Below are positions 1-9,371 of a stretch of DNA of 64,000 nucleotides, piece by piece. The notes beneath the pieces were generated by a model, which worked only from the letters and a program-made list of their open reading frames with translations, was not told the origin of the DNA and did no database searches. The translations under genes were made by a program, and so were the position numbers. Position 1 is the stretch's first letter; each line of letters starts with the position of its first letter. This stretch comes from Deltaproteobacteria bacterium (lineage in GTDB: Bacteria > Desulfobacterota > Desulfomonilia > UBA1062). Location: NCBI GenBank assembly GCA_017992605.1, contig JAGOOG010000013.1, forward strand, positions 6,438-70,437, read 5' to 3'.

Positions 1-223
1 GACCAACGTATTTCTGATTCCTCATTGAATCCTCCTCTTTGTAGGATTTTTCGGCTCCATGATCCGGGTACTTCCTTATAATATTAGTTTGATGAGCATG
101 TTGTAAACTGTTATTACAAATTTCAGGCCGGCGTCCTTTGGGGCACGTTTCGCTCTTTCCCCCGCTTGACACCACAAGGGATCCTCCTCTATATTTTCGA
201 TGCCCGCATTCACAGGAGCATGC

Positions 224-952
<729 letters not shown>

Positions 953-998
953 GGGTGTCAGTCCATCTTGCACGAAACCATATGAACAAGGAGGGGGT

Positions 999-1844
999 AT
1001 GAAAAAGATACTTGCGGGTTTCCTGGTAGCACTGGTTGTCATGACGATCGCCGGCCCGGTCTTCGCCGGCGCCACCTACGACAAGGTAGCGAAGAGCGGG
1101 GTCGTGCGCGTGGGCATGATGTACAACAGCATCCCTGCCGCCTACTTCAACGACAAGAACGAATGGGTCGGGTTCGATGTGGACATCGCCGAGGAGGTGG
1201 TCAGGAGGATCGGCGCCTCCATGGGCAAGGACCTCAAGGCCGAGCGCATCAAGGTGAACAACAAGACCAGGATCTCGTTTTTGACGTCCGACCAGATCGA
1301 CATGTCCGTTGCCAACATGACCCACAAGCGTGAGCGCGACAGGACCATCGACTTCTCCATCACCTACTTTTTCGACGGGCAGAAGGTCCTCGCCAAGAAA
1401 GGCAAGTTCAAGGCCCTCAAGGACTTCAAGGGCAAGAAGCTCGCGTCAATGCAGGGCACCACGAGCGAGAAGAACGCCATGGAGCTCCTCAAGAAGCTCG
1501 GGGACCCCAACGCCACGAAGAACGTCATCAGCTTCCAGGACGAGCCTTCCTGTTTCCTTGCCCTGCAGCAGGACAAGGTCGCCGGCTGGTCCACGGACAG
1601 CACCATCCTGCTCGGCTATGCCGCCAAGGAGCCGGGCAAGTACGAGCTCGTGGGCGACTTCTTCAGCAGCGAGCCCTACGGCATCGGCGTTCCGCAGAAC
1701 GACAGCGACTGGAGGGACGCCATCAACTTCGCCATCCAGGACATGTGGGCGGACGGCACCTACAAGAAGATCTACGACAAGTGGTACGGCCCGAAGACCC
1801 CCTACTACTTCCCGCTGACCGAAGAGATCGAGATGTGGCCGTGA
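999..1844 (+). CDS. ABC transporter periplasmic substrate-binding protein, family 3 (polar amino acid)
   Basis: 281 aa with N-terminal signal peptide MKKILAGFLVALVVMTIAGPVFA. Shows SBP_bac_3-like fold motifs. AAGGAGG RBS upstream. Confidence 0.85.
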   Translation: MKKILAGFLVALVVMTIAGPVFAGATYDKVAKSGVVRVGMMYNSIPAAYFNDKNEWVGFDVDIAEEVVRRIGASMGKDLKAERIKVNNKTRISFLTSDQIDMSVANMTHKRERDRTIDFSITYFFDGQKVLAKKGKFKALKDFKGKKLASMQGTTSEKNAMELLKKLGDPNATKNVISFQDEPSCFLALQQDKVAGWSTDSTILLGYAAKEPGKYELVGDFFSSEPYGIGVPQNDSDWRDAINFAIQDMWADGTYKKIYDKWYGPKTPYYFPLTEEIEMWP

Positions 1845-1876
1845 CGGGAGGAAGGGTATAGGCGCACATGCATATC

Positions 1877-1908
1877 TGCGGCCCGTAGGTAGCGGGCCGC
1901 AGTTTTTT
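1877..1908 (+). terminator. Intra-operon Rho-independent terminator/attenuator after the binding-protein gene
   Basis: Perfect 9-bp stem TGCGGCCCG/CGGGCCGCA with 7-nt loop, followed by GTTTTTT. Lies between the binding-protein stop and the permease start. Confidence 0.6.
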
Positions 1909-1955
1909 CACGCTGGGAGCGAGGACCACACGCCCACGAAGACCGTGCAGGGGAC

Positions 1956-3758
1956 ATGAGACAGCACACAAAATATACCCTCCAGCAGATCGGCGTCGTC
2001 GCGTTCATCATCCTCGTCGTCTACGCCGTGTTCAGGCACGGCGACATCGGCTACGATTTCCACTGGGCGGTCCTGTGGGAGGTCAACCCCACCTACAAGG
2101 AGATCTTCGGTGTCTGGCTCCTCAAGGGCCTGTACCTCACCATAAAGATATCCCTCATCAGCACCGGCATAGCCCTGCTCCTGGGGACCATCTTCGGCAT
2201 CGCGAGGCTCTCGCGCTTCAAGCCCACCTATGCCCTGGCGACGGCCTATGTGGAGTTCTTCAGGAACACCCCCCTGCTGGTCCAGCTGTTCTTCTGGTAC
2301 TTCGCATTCCCCATGGGTCTCCCCGAAACGGTTCGGGTGTTCCTCAACGAGCACAACTACGAATTCTGGGCCGCCACCTGCGGCCTCGGGGTCTATACCG
2401 GCGCCTTCGTGGCCGAGGTGGTCAGGGCGGGCATACAGGCGATCCCGCACGGCCACATCGAGGCGGCGCTCTCCTCGGGGCTCACCGCATCACAGATGCT
2501 CCGCAAGGTGGTTCTCCCCCAGGCCTTCCGCATCATCATCCCGCCGCTGGGCAGCGAGTTCCTCAACAACATGAAGAACTCGTCGCTGGCAATGACCATC
2601 GGCGTCGCCGAGCTGTGCTGGCAATCCCAGCAGATCGAGTCCTTCACCTTCCGTGGTTTCGAGGCCACGTCAGCGGCTTCCATCATCTACCTCGGCATGT
2701 CGCTGAGCATCTCGCTCATCGTGAATTCCATCAACCACCACCTGGCCATAGGTCAGGCAAAGAAACTCAATACCATGGACCGCATCTTTGCCCTGCTCTT
2801 CCGTCCCGTCTTGCTGCTGGCCAGGGCTTCGAACGTGCTCGTGGACGCTTCGAAACGGGTCTTCAGGCTCGGCGAATATGCACCGATCCATGAGGAGGCA
2901 GTCTATGCATCGGTGTGGGCCCGGCTGGCCGAGCGGATCTGGAAGGCCCTGGTGATCTTCGCCAAGGTCTTATTCGGCCTGTTCTCCATCGGGATCCTCG
3001 TGGCCATAGGTCTCATGGTCTACAGGTACAACTGGGATGTCATCTTCTCCAGCCTCAGGTCGCTCCTCATCTGGCTCTTTCCCCAGGGAGGACCCGGCGA
3101 GATCTTCCACGGGCTGGGCGGTCTGAGTCTGAGCGTCATCCTGGCCTTCATAGCGCTGTTCGTGAGCTTCTTCATCGGCCTGTTCGTGGGCATCGGCAGG
3201 CTGAGCAGAAATCCCGTCGTCTCCACGCCCAGCGTACTCTACATCGAGATCATCCGGGGCAATCCGCTCATCATGGTGATCTTCTGGGTCTACTTCTTCT
3301 CCCCCATCGTCACCGGCATGCAGATCAACGTGTTCTGGAGCGTGACGATTTCGTTTACCCTCTTCTCCGGGGCGTACCTGGCGGAGATCGTGCGGGCCGG
3401 GGTGAGCGCCATTTCCAGGGGACAGACCGAGGCGGCCACAGCCTCTGGCCTCTCCTACTATCAGGCCATGCGCCTCGTGGTGCTCCCCCAGGCCCTCAAG
3501 ATGATGATCCCGGCCTTTGTGGGACAGTTCATCGCCCTGTTCAAGGACACCTCGCTGGCCTACATCATCGGTGTCTTCGAACTCACCACCGTGGCACAGA
3601 CCCTGAACAACAGGCTCATGATCTATCCGTTCGAGATCTACACCACCATTGCCGTAATGTATTTCATCTGCAGCTACAGCATGTCCAGGGTGGCGCGGAG
3701 ACTCGAGATCAGGTACACCCCCACCAGGAAAGGATTCGGCTCCGTCGCCATGCCCTGA
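1956..3758 (+). CDS. Fused (tandem-duplicated) polar amino-acid ABC transporter permease
   Basis: 600 aa with two HisM/GlnP-type permease halves. Each half carries an EAA-loop-like segment (ASQMLRKVVLPQAFRIIIPPLGSEFLNNMKNSSLAMTIGV and YYQAMRLVVLPQALKMMIPAFVGQFIALFKDTSLAYIIGV). Confidence 0.85.
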   Translation: MRQHTKYTLQQIGVVAFIILVVYAVFRHGDIGYDFHWAVLWEVNPTYKEIFGVWLLKGLYLTIKISLISTGIALLLGTIFGIARLSRFKPTYALATAYVEFFRNTPLLVQLFFWYFAFPMGLPETVRVFLNEHNYEFWAATCGLGVYTGAFVAEVVRAGIQAIPHGHIEAALSSGLTASQMLRKVVLPQAFRIIIPPLGSEFLNNMKNSSLAMTIGVAELCWQSQQIESFTFRGFEATSAASIIYLGMSLSISLIVNSINHHLAIGQAKKLNTMDRIFALLFRPVLLLARASNVLVDASKRVFRLGEYAPIHEEAVYASVWARLAERIWKALVIFAKVLFGLFSIGILVAIGLMVYRYNWDVIFSSLRSLLIWLFPQGGPGEIFHGLGGLSLSVILAFIALFVSFFIGLFVGIGRLSRNPVVSTPSVLYIEIIRGNPLIMVIFWVYFFSPIVTGMQINVFWSVTISFTLFSGAYLAEIVRAGVSAISRGQTEAATASGLSYYQAMRLVVLPQALKMMIPAFVGQFIALFKDTSLAYIIGVFELTTVAQTLNNRLMIYPFEIYTTIAVMYFICSYSMSRVARRLEIRYTPTRKGFGSVAMP

Positions 3759-3979
3759 CGGTCCCCTGAGCCGGTGCAGCCGACGTGACGTTCCTCCCCG
3801 GACTGCTCCCCGTACCGCCCATGACACAATGTCACGGAGTCCTGTCCTGTTTCATTTTTATTGTCATTTTGTCACGATTCAGGTCGCGCAATCGTGCCCC
3901 CTTGTCAAAATGGCATTCATGCCCCTGCGCCGATGTCAATAAATGATCTATTTCCCAGTAGTTATGAGCGGCGTCGTGC

Positions 3980-3995
3980 TGGCATGAACATTGCG
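3980..3995 (+). promoter_or_regulatory. Sigma-54 (RpoN) -24/-12 promoter candidate
   Basis: TGGCATGAACATTGCG matches TGGCAC-N5-TTGCW, with GG and GC spaced exactly 12 nt apart. It sits about 35 nt upstream of an AAGGAGAA RBS and ATG 4034. Upstream has TTGTCA-containing repeats (3859-3935) that could be activator sites. Confidence 0.5.
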
Positions 3996-4033
3996 TTCTC
4001 ATTCAGCAGAACGAAAAACAAAGGAGAAATGAA

Positions 4034-4210
4034 ATGGTAGCTCTCTGGATCGTCATCGGTTGCTTGTTCCTGACGGGAATCGGAATCAGGTTCATGTATC
4101 GCGTGCTCGGCCTTACACCGGTGGAGGCAACCGCCGTGTTCGTGCTCATCGTTACCCTGGTGGGCGTGAATTCGGGTCCGGCAAGGCAGATCATCGCACA
4201 GCTCTTCTGA
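4034..4210 (+). CDS. Hypothetical small hydrophobic membrane protein (58 aa)
   Basis: Not in the ORF track because it is under 60 aa. Strong RBS AAGGAGAA 6 nt before ATG. MVALWIVIGCLFLTGIGIRF... gives two predicted TM helices. Confidence 0.4.
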   Translation: MVALWIVIGCLFLTGIGIRFMYRVLGLTPVEATAVFVLIVTLVGVNSGPARQIIAQLF

Positions 4211-4235
4211 TGAGGTCCGGAAGGGAGAGATCGCG

Positions 4236-4475
4236 GTGAAGAAGCGGAACGACTACAGGCCGCCCAGGACGCTGGTGAAGAGGATCACCAGGATCAGCGC
4301 GCTGAGCTTCATCCTGGTCATCATGACCTTCCTCGGCCTGTATGTGGGGCTCTACATCGACAAGATAACCCACATGGCACCCAACTTCACGTTTCTCGGA
4401 CTCATTCTCGGTATCGCCATTGGGTTCAAGGGATTCATCGAAGAGGTCCTGGTGGAAAGGAGAAAGGAATCATGA
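4236..4475 (+). CDS. AtpZ/AtpI-like small membrane protein (putative F0F1-ATPase-associated 'gene 1' family-like)
   Basis: 79 aa. LSFILVIMTFLGLYVGLYIDKITHMAPNFTFLGLILGIAIGFKGFIEEV resembles the AtpZ pattern of a double glycine-zipper TM hairpin. No ATP synthase genes follow. Confidence 0.45.
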   Translation: MKKRNDYRPPRTLVKRITRISALSFILVIMTFLGLYVGLYIDKITHMAPNFTFLGLILGIAIGFKGFIEEVLVERRKES

Positions 4476-4579
4476 CATTCGTGTTCATCGGCATCGGCGC
4501 CGTGTCGTTCATCGCCATCGCGGCCCGCTTCGCGGCGAGAGCGACCTCCAAGGAACCCGCTGCTTCCCGCGTGAAGTAA
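4472..4579 (+). CDS. Hypothetical 35-aa hydrophobic peptide, translationally coupled to the preceding ORF
   Basis: ATGA overlap with the upstream ORF stop. MTFVFIGIGAVSFIAIAARFAARATSKEPAASRVK is a single TM helix. Confidence 0.3.
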   Translation: MTFVFIGIGAVSFIAIAARFAARATSKEPAASRVK

Positions 4580-4608
4580 GTTCCCTGCCCCTGTTCATAG
4601 AACAGACC

Positions 4609-4639
4609 GGGGAGGCCTCGTCCCGTGGCCTCCCCTTTT
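4609..4639 (+). terminator. Rho-independent terminator
   Basis: Perfect 9-bp GC-rich stem GGGGAGGCC/GGCCTCCCC with 9-nt loop followed by TTTT. Immediately downstream of the 35-aa ORF. Confidence 0.65.
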
Positions 4640-4640
4640 C

Positions 4641-5447
4641 ATGTCCATACCTTCCGCGCACACCGAATTGACGCCTCCGGCCTTGTGTGATACTGCACTG
4701 GGTGTGCATATACCACCGCGTGTAGCCTTCTCCATTCTGTGGCGATCGTTCTTCATACAGGCCGCATGGAATTTCAAGGGCATGCAGAATATCGGGTTCA
4801 CCCACGCCATCCTGCCCGGCATCAAGCACGTCCTGCCGGAGCGAGTCGACGAGGGCGTCAAACGCTACCTGACCTTCTTCAATACCCAGCCCTACATGGC
4901 TCCCACCATCATCGGAGTGTACCTGCATCTCCATGAGCAGGGTGAAGAGGACATGATCGCCAAGATCGGCCCCACGCTGTCGAACTCCCTGGCGGCACTG
5001 GGGGACACCTTCTTCTGGGCGACGATGAAGCCGGTTCTGGCCCTTCTCTTCATGATATGCATCTTCATGGACCAGCTCTGGGGGCTGCTCCTGGCCCTGG
5101 TGATCTTCAATACAGCGCACCTGTGGGTCATGGCCTGGGGGTTCGTTCAGGGATACCGGCACGGGGCGGACGGGGCCCTGTCGCTGGGGAAAATCCTGTC
5201 CATCGACGTGGCCAGATACCTGTCCCTGACCATACCCTTGCTCTCCGGCTTCGCGCTCGGGTGTGCCGCACTCTGGTTCAGACTGGACAAAGAGTTCTCG
5301 GCGGTTCTGCCGGGAATCGATCTGGCCTTCGCTGCAGCGGCAATCATCTTCCTCGTCGCTGTCGTGCTCATAAAGCTCCGCGTCAACATCTTCTGGTTGG
5401 TCTATGGCGTATTTACACTTTCCATGATATGGACTATGCTGCGATGA
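4641..5447 (+). CDS. PTS mannose/fructose/sorbose-family EIID component
   Basis: WRSFFIQAAWNFKGMQNIGF matches the IID hallmark (FxRS..Q.sWNYERMQ). Multi-TM C-terminal half. Start is uncertain, since ATG 4641 abuts the terminator T-run; TTG 4668 or GTG 4707 are alternatives. No IIA/IIB/IIC gene adjacent. Confidence 0.8.
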   Translation: MSIPSAHTELTPPALCDTALGVHIPPRVAFSILWRSFFIQAAWNFKGMQNIGFTHAILPGIKHVLPERVDEGVKRYLTFFNTQPYMAPTIIGVYLHLHEQGEEDMIAKIGPTLSNSLAALGDTFFWATMKPVLALLFMICIFMDQLWGLLLALVIFNTAHLWVMAWGFVQGYRHGADGALSLGKILSIDVARYLSLTIPLLSGFALGCAALWFRLDKEFSAVLPGIDLAFAAAAIIFLVAVVLIKLRVNIFWLVYGVFTLSMIWTMLR

Positions 5448-5707
5448 AAGAGGAGAACGTCACCATTCCCAACAAGCTGGGCCTGCATGCGCGGGCGGCC
5501 GCCCTCTTCACGAAGGAGGCTTCGGCCTTCTCCTCGAGGATCGAGGTCATCAAGAACAACATGAAGGCAAACGGCAAGAGCATCATGGAACTCCTCACCA
5601 TTGCAGGGGTTCAGGGTTCACAGATCGTCATACGCGTGGACGGGGACGATGAGGATCAGGCCATCGCGGCTCTCGTGACCCTCGTGAAGAACGGGTTCGG
5701 GGAGTAG
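5444..5707 (+). CDS. ptsH: Phosphocarrier protein HPr
   Basis: 87 aa. ...GLHARAAA... contains the active-site His15 context. ATGA overlap with the IID stop. Confidence 0.9.
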   Translation: MKEENVTIPNKLGLHARAAALFTKEASAFSSRIEVIKNNMKANGKSIMELLTIAGVQGSQIVIRVDGDDEDQAIAALVTLVKNGFGE

Positions 5708-5709
5708 CG

Positions 5710-7479
5710 ATGCCGCAGCAGCAGGTTCACATCCTCCACGGAGTGCCGGCATCGGCGGGCATCGCCATCGGCCAGGCCGTGGTCATTGATACCAAGAAGA
5801 TCGAGCGCTACCCCAAGCTCCGTGTGTCCGAAGACCGTGTCGAGGACGAGCTCGGCCGCTTCGAACATGCGGTGCAGCTGTCCCAGAAACAGATCACCGA
5901 GGCCATACACACCCTCGAGGCACACCAGGTCATCAGAGAGCACATCCTGATCCTCGAGACCCACCTGCTCATGCTCAAGGATCCCGCCCTGGTGGACAGG
6001 GTGAAGCAGCTCATCACCGAAGACTACATCAATGCGGAATGGGCACTGAAGATCGCTCTCAGAGAAATCGAAGAGGCCATCGAGGCCATCGATGACGAGT
6101 ACATCAGGAGCAGGGTCACCGACACCTCCTTCGTGGGGGAACGACTGCTGAGGAATCTCGTCGGAAAGACGACCAGCGGCTTCCACCTGGCCGAAAACAG
6201 CATCGTCGTGGCCCATGACCTTTCCCCTGCGGACACCGCCATGCTCAACAAGGGCATGGTCCTCGGGTTTGCCACGGATGTGGGCGGCATCACCTCACAC
6301 ACGGCCATCATTGCCCATTCGCTCGAGATCCCCGCAGTGGTGGGCCTGGAGAATGCATCGTCCCTGGTGAATCCGGGCGACAACCTCATCCTCGACGGCA
6401 TATCGGGCGTGGTCATCGTGAACCCCTCCGAGTCCCAGGTCCTCGAGTACCAGACCCGGGCCCGGTCATACCTGAGCCTCGAACTCAAGCTCAAGGAAAA
6501 GGCCAAGGAACCGGCCATCACGAAGGACGGCAAGTACATCAAGGTCAAGGGCAACCTCGAGTTCAAGGAGGAGGTCAGGACCGTTCTTGACCATGGAGCC
6601 GAGGGAGTCGGCCTGTACCGGACGGAGTTTTTGTACCTCGTCCGCAAGGAGATCCCTTCCGAGCAGGATCATTTCGAGGCTTACAAGTCAGTCGTGGAGA
6701 CGGTCTCCCCCTTCAACACCGTCATCCGGACCCTGGACCTCGGGGGAGACAAGTTCTATTCAGCGCTCAGCAGGACGATCAACGAGCGGAACCCGGTCAT
6801 GGGGCTGCGCGCCATCAGGCTGTGCCTGAAGGAGACCGACATCTTCCGGACCCAGCTGCGGGGCATCCTGCGGGCGAGCCACTACGGGAACACCTCCATC
6901 ATGTTCCCCATGATCTCGGGCATCGAGGAGCTCGAACGGGCAAAGGAGATCCTCGAGGAGACCAAGAAGAGCCTCTCGATCGAGGGCATCCCCTTCGACG
7001 AGAACATCCGGGTGGGCATCATGGTGGAAGTGCCTTCCGCAGCGGTGATAGCAGACCTCCTTGCCAAGGAGGTGGACTTCTTCAGCCTCGGCACCAACGA
7101 CCTCATACAGTATTCCCTGGCCATCGACAGGGGCAACGAATACGTGAACTACCTCTACGAACCCCTGCACCCGGCCGTCCTGCGCCTCATCCAGTTCACC
7201 GTGGATGCCGCGCACAACGCCGGGATACCCGTATCCATGTGCGGCGAGATGGCGGGACGCGAGATCTACACCCCGATCCTCCTCGGCATGGGTATCGACT
7301 CGCTCTCGGCCAACGCCTTTGCCATCTCCCACGTGAAAGAGATGGCCCGCAAGATCAGCATCGACAACTGCAAGTCCATCGTCAGCCACATCTTCGAGAT
7401 GAAGACCGCATCCGAGATCTATGAATTCATGAGCCGGGAGATCATGGAGAAGGCCCGTGACATCTTCGAACTCGCCTGA
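5710..7479 (+). CDS. ptsI: Phosphoenolpyruvate-protein phosphotransferase (PTS Enzyme I)
   Basis: 589 aa. GGITSHTAIIAHSLEIPAVVG phospho-His region and a C-terminal PEP-utilising TIM-barrel. Confidence 0.95.
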   Translation: MPQQQVHILHGVPASAGIAIGQAVVIDTKKIERYPKLRVSEDRVEDELGRFEHAVQLSQKQITEAIHTLEAHQVIREHILILETHLLMLKDPALVDRVKQLITEDYINAEWALKIALREIEEAIEAIDDEYIRSRVTDTSFVGERLLRNLVGKTTSGFHLAENSIVVAHDLSPADTAMLNKGMVLGFATDVGGITSHTAIIAHSLEIPAVVGLENASSLVNPGDNLILDGISGVVIVNPSESQVLEYQTRARSYLSLELKLKEKAKEPAITKDGKYIKVKGNLEFKEEVRTVLDHGAEGVGLYRTEFLYLVRKEIPSEQDHFEAYKSVVETVSPFNTVIRTLDLGGDKFYSALSRTINERNPVMGLRAIRLCLKETDIFRTQLRGILRASHYGNTSIMFPMISGIEELERAKEILEETKKSLSIEGIPFDENIRVGIMVEVPSAAVIADLLAKEVDFFSLGTNDLIQYSLAIDRGNEYVNYLYEPLHPAVLRLIQFTVDAAHNAGIPVSMCGEMAGREIYTPILLGMGIDSLSANAFAISHVKEMARKISIDNCKSIVSHIFEMKTASEIYEFMSREIMEKARDIFELA

Positions 7480-7515
7480 TTCGCGCCCGGATCATGGTTC
7501 CTTGAGGCATCGTCC

Positions 7516-7986
7516 ATGAAGGACAAGGACAAAGAGCCGAGAAAGGCACTGTGCGTGAACAGGAACGCGCGCCACGCCTACGAGATCATCGAGACCATCG
7601 AGACGGGGATCGTCCTTGGCGGACCCGAGGTCAAGTCACTCAGGAACGGAGGGGGCAACATCAGGGACAGCTATGCCCAGGTGAAAAACGCGGAGATCTT
7701 CCTCACCAACTTCCACATCAGCCCGTACCTGCAGGCGTCGATATTCAACTACGAACCCACGAGACCGCGGAAGCTTCTCCTGCACAAGAGGGAGATCCTG
7801 CGGCTCGCCAGCAAGGTCAAGGAAAAGGGGCTCACCCTGGTTCCCCTGAGCCTGTATCTCAAGGGCAACCGGATCAAGGTGGAGCTCGGTCTTGCCAAGG
7901 GCAGGCGGGCTCACAGCAAAAAGGAGGCGATCAAGGAGCGCGACATCCAGCGCGAGATGTCCAGAGAGGTGAAGTCGTGGAGATAA
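7516..7986 (+). CDS. smpB: SsrA-binding protein SmpB
   Basis: 156 aa. ...NRNARHAYEI..., a basic C-terminal tail, and length typical of SmpB. Confidence 0.9.
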   Translation: MKDKDKEPRKALCVNRNARHAYEIIETIETGIVLGGPEVKSLRNGGGNIRDSYAQVKNAEIFLTNFHISPYLQASIFNYEPTRPRKLLLHKREILRLASKVKEKGLTLVPLSLYLKGNRIKVELGLAKGRRAHSKKEAIKERDIQREMSREVKSWR

Positions 7987-9371
7987 GGATCGGCGATATC
8001 GACTGCGAACGGCTCCTGAAGAGGTCCCTTGCCCGTGGAGGCGACTTTGCGGAGATCTACTTCGAGCACCGGAGAGGCACGTCCATCATCTGCGAGGCGC
8101 ACAGGATCGAGAAGTTCCTGGTCACCAGCGAATCGGGTGTCGCCATGCGGGTGGTCATGGGTGACCGGAGCGCCTTCGCCTACACGAACGACGCCTCGTC
8201 GCTCGACGACCTGGCCGACACCGTGGCCTCGGCGGTCAGGGCAGGCAGCTTCCCCGGAGGCATATCGCTGCGGAAGCGTTCCCCTGTCTCGATCGTCCAG
8301 ATGGATATCGATCCGGGCGGCGTCAGCCCCCGGGACAAGATAGCCCAGGTCCAGAAGGCCGACACCGTGGCCTGGGGCATGGACGACTCCGTGGTCCAGG
8401 CCAGGGTCATGTACGGTGACGGATCGAGAAGGGTCTTTGTCGCGAACTCCCTGGGGTTCATTGCCGAGGACTCCCGGGACTCCCTCGTCTTCATGGTCCA
8501 GGGCATCGTCACCCGCGATTCTCTGATGGAGACCGGATACGAGCCTGTCGGGGGCTCCCGCGGGTACGAGCTGTTCACGGAGATCCCACCGGAAGAGGTC
8601 GCCCGCAAGGCCATCAGCAGGGCGCTCACCACCCTCAGGGCACGGAGGGCGCCTGCCGGACCCATGCCCGTGGTCCTCTCCAGCGAGGCGGGCGGCACCA
8701 TGATCCACGAGGCCATCGGCCACGGCCTCGAGGCCGACCTGGCGGGCGAAGGCCTTTCCGTCTACTCGGGAAAGCTCGGCCAGCAGGTGGCATCGCACGC
8801 CATCACCGTCATCGACGACGGATCCATCAGGGGACTTCGCGGAAGCATGGGCTGCGACGACGAAGGGAGCCCCACGCAGCGATCAGTGCTGGTCGACAAG
8901 GGTGTTCTCACCGGGTTCATGACCGACCTCCTCAGCGCCAGGAAATACGGCCTGCCCCTGACGGGGAACGCCCGGCGCGAATCCTATCGCCACCGGCCCG
9001 TCCCCCGCATGACCAACACCATGATCCAGCCCGGTTCGCTGGACCCGGGCGAGGTCGTGAAGAAGGCGGCAAGGGGCATCTTCGTGAAGAAGATGGGGGG
9101 CGGCCAGGTCAACACGGTCACCGGCGACTTTGTCTTCAACATATCCGAGGGATACCTCATAGAGAACGGTTCCGTGGGCGAGCCGGTCCGGGGCGCCACG
9201 CTCATCGGCAACGGGCCGAAGGTTCTGAGTTCCATCGAACTGGTGGGCAATGACCTGGGCTTCGGCATCGGTACCTGCGGCAAGGACGGCCAGGGTGTGC
9301 CGGTGGCGGACGCCCAGCCTACCCTGCTTATCCCAGAAATAACCGTGGGAGGTGAAATCCGCAATGACTAG
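7977..9371 (+). CDS. tldD: Metalloprotease TldD
   Basis: HEAIGHGLEAD zinc motif and the PmbA/TldD fold. GTG start overlaps the smpB stop. The track ORF 7551..9371 has a spurious N-extension across smpB. Confidence 0.9.
   Translation: MEIRIGDIDCERLLKRSLARGGDFAEIYFEHRRGTSIICEAHRIEKFLVTSESGVAMRVVMGDRSAFAYTNDASSLDDLADTVASAVRAGSFPGGISLRKRSPVSIVQMDIDPGGVSPRDKIAQVQKADTVAWGMDDSVVQARVMYGDGSRRVFVANSLGFIAEDSRDSLVFMVQGIVTRDSLMETGYEPVGGSRGYELFTEIPPEEVARKAISRALTTLRARRAPAGPMPVVLSSEAGGTMIHEAIGHGLEADLAGEGLSVYSGKLGQQVASHAITVIDDGSIRGLRGSMGCDDEGSPTQRSVLVDKGVLTGFMTDLLSARKYGLPLTGNARRESYRHRPVPRMTNTMIQPGSLDPGEVVKKAARGIFVKKMGGGQVNTVTGDFVFNISEGYLIENGSVGEPVRGATLIGNGPKVLSSIELVGNDLGFGIGTCGKDGQGVPVADAQPTLLIPEITVGGEIRND

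Noticed and set aside
1-26. Minus-strand gene start (RBS AGGAGG + ATG, MRNQKYVG...) running off the left edge
   Set aside because: Only 8 codons lie inside the window, too little to call a product.
2075-3827. Long alternative-frame and antisense ORFs (e.g. 2075..2893 +, 2915..3769 +, 2970..3827 -) overlapping the permease gene; similar shadow ORFs throughout (329..1075 -, 7911..8798 -, 12122..13135 +, 14015..15193 +, 19158..20084 -, 25463..26683 -, 45965..47158 overlaps, etc.)
   Set aside because: Their translations are Arg/Pro/Gly/His-rich and low-complexity, typical of GC-rich out-of-frame reading. Every one overlaps a gene with clear conserved motifs in another frame.
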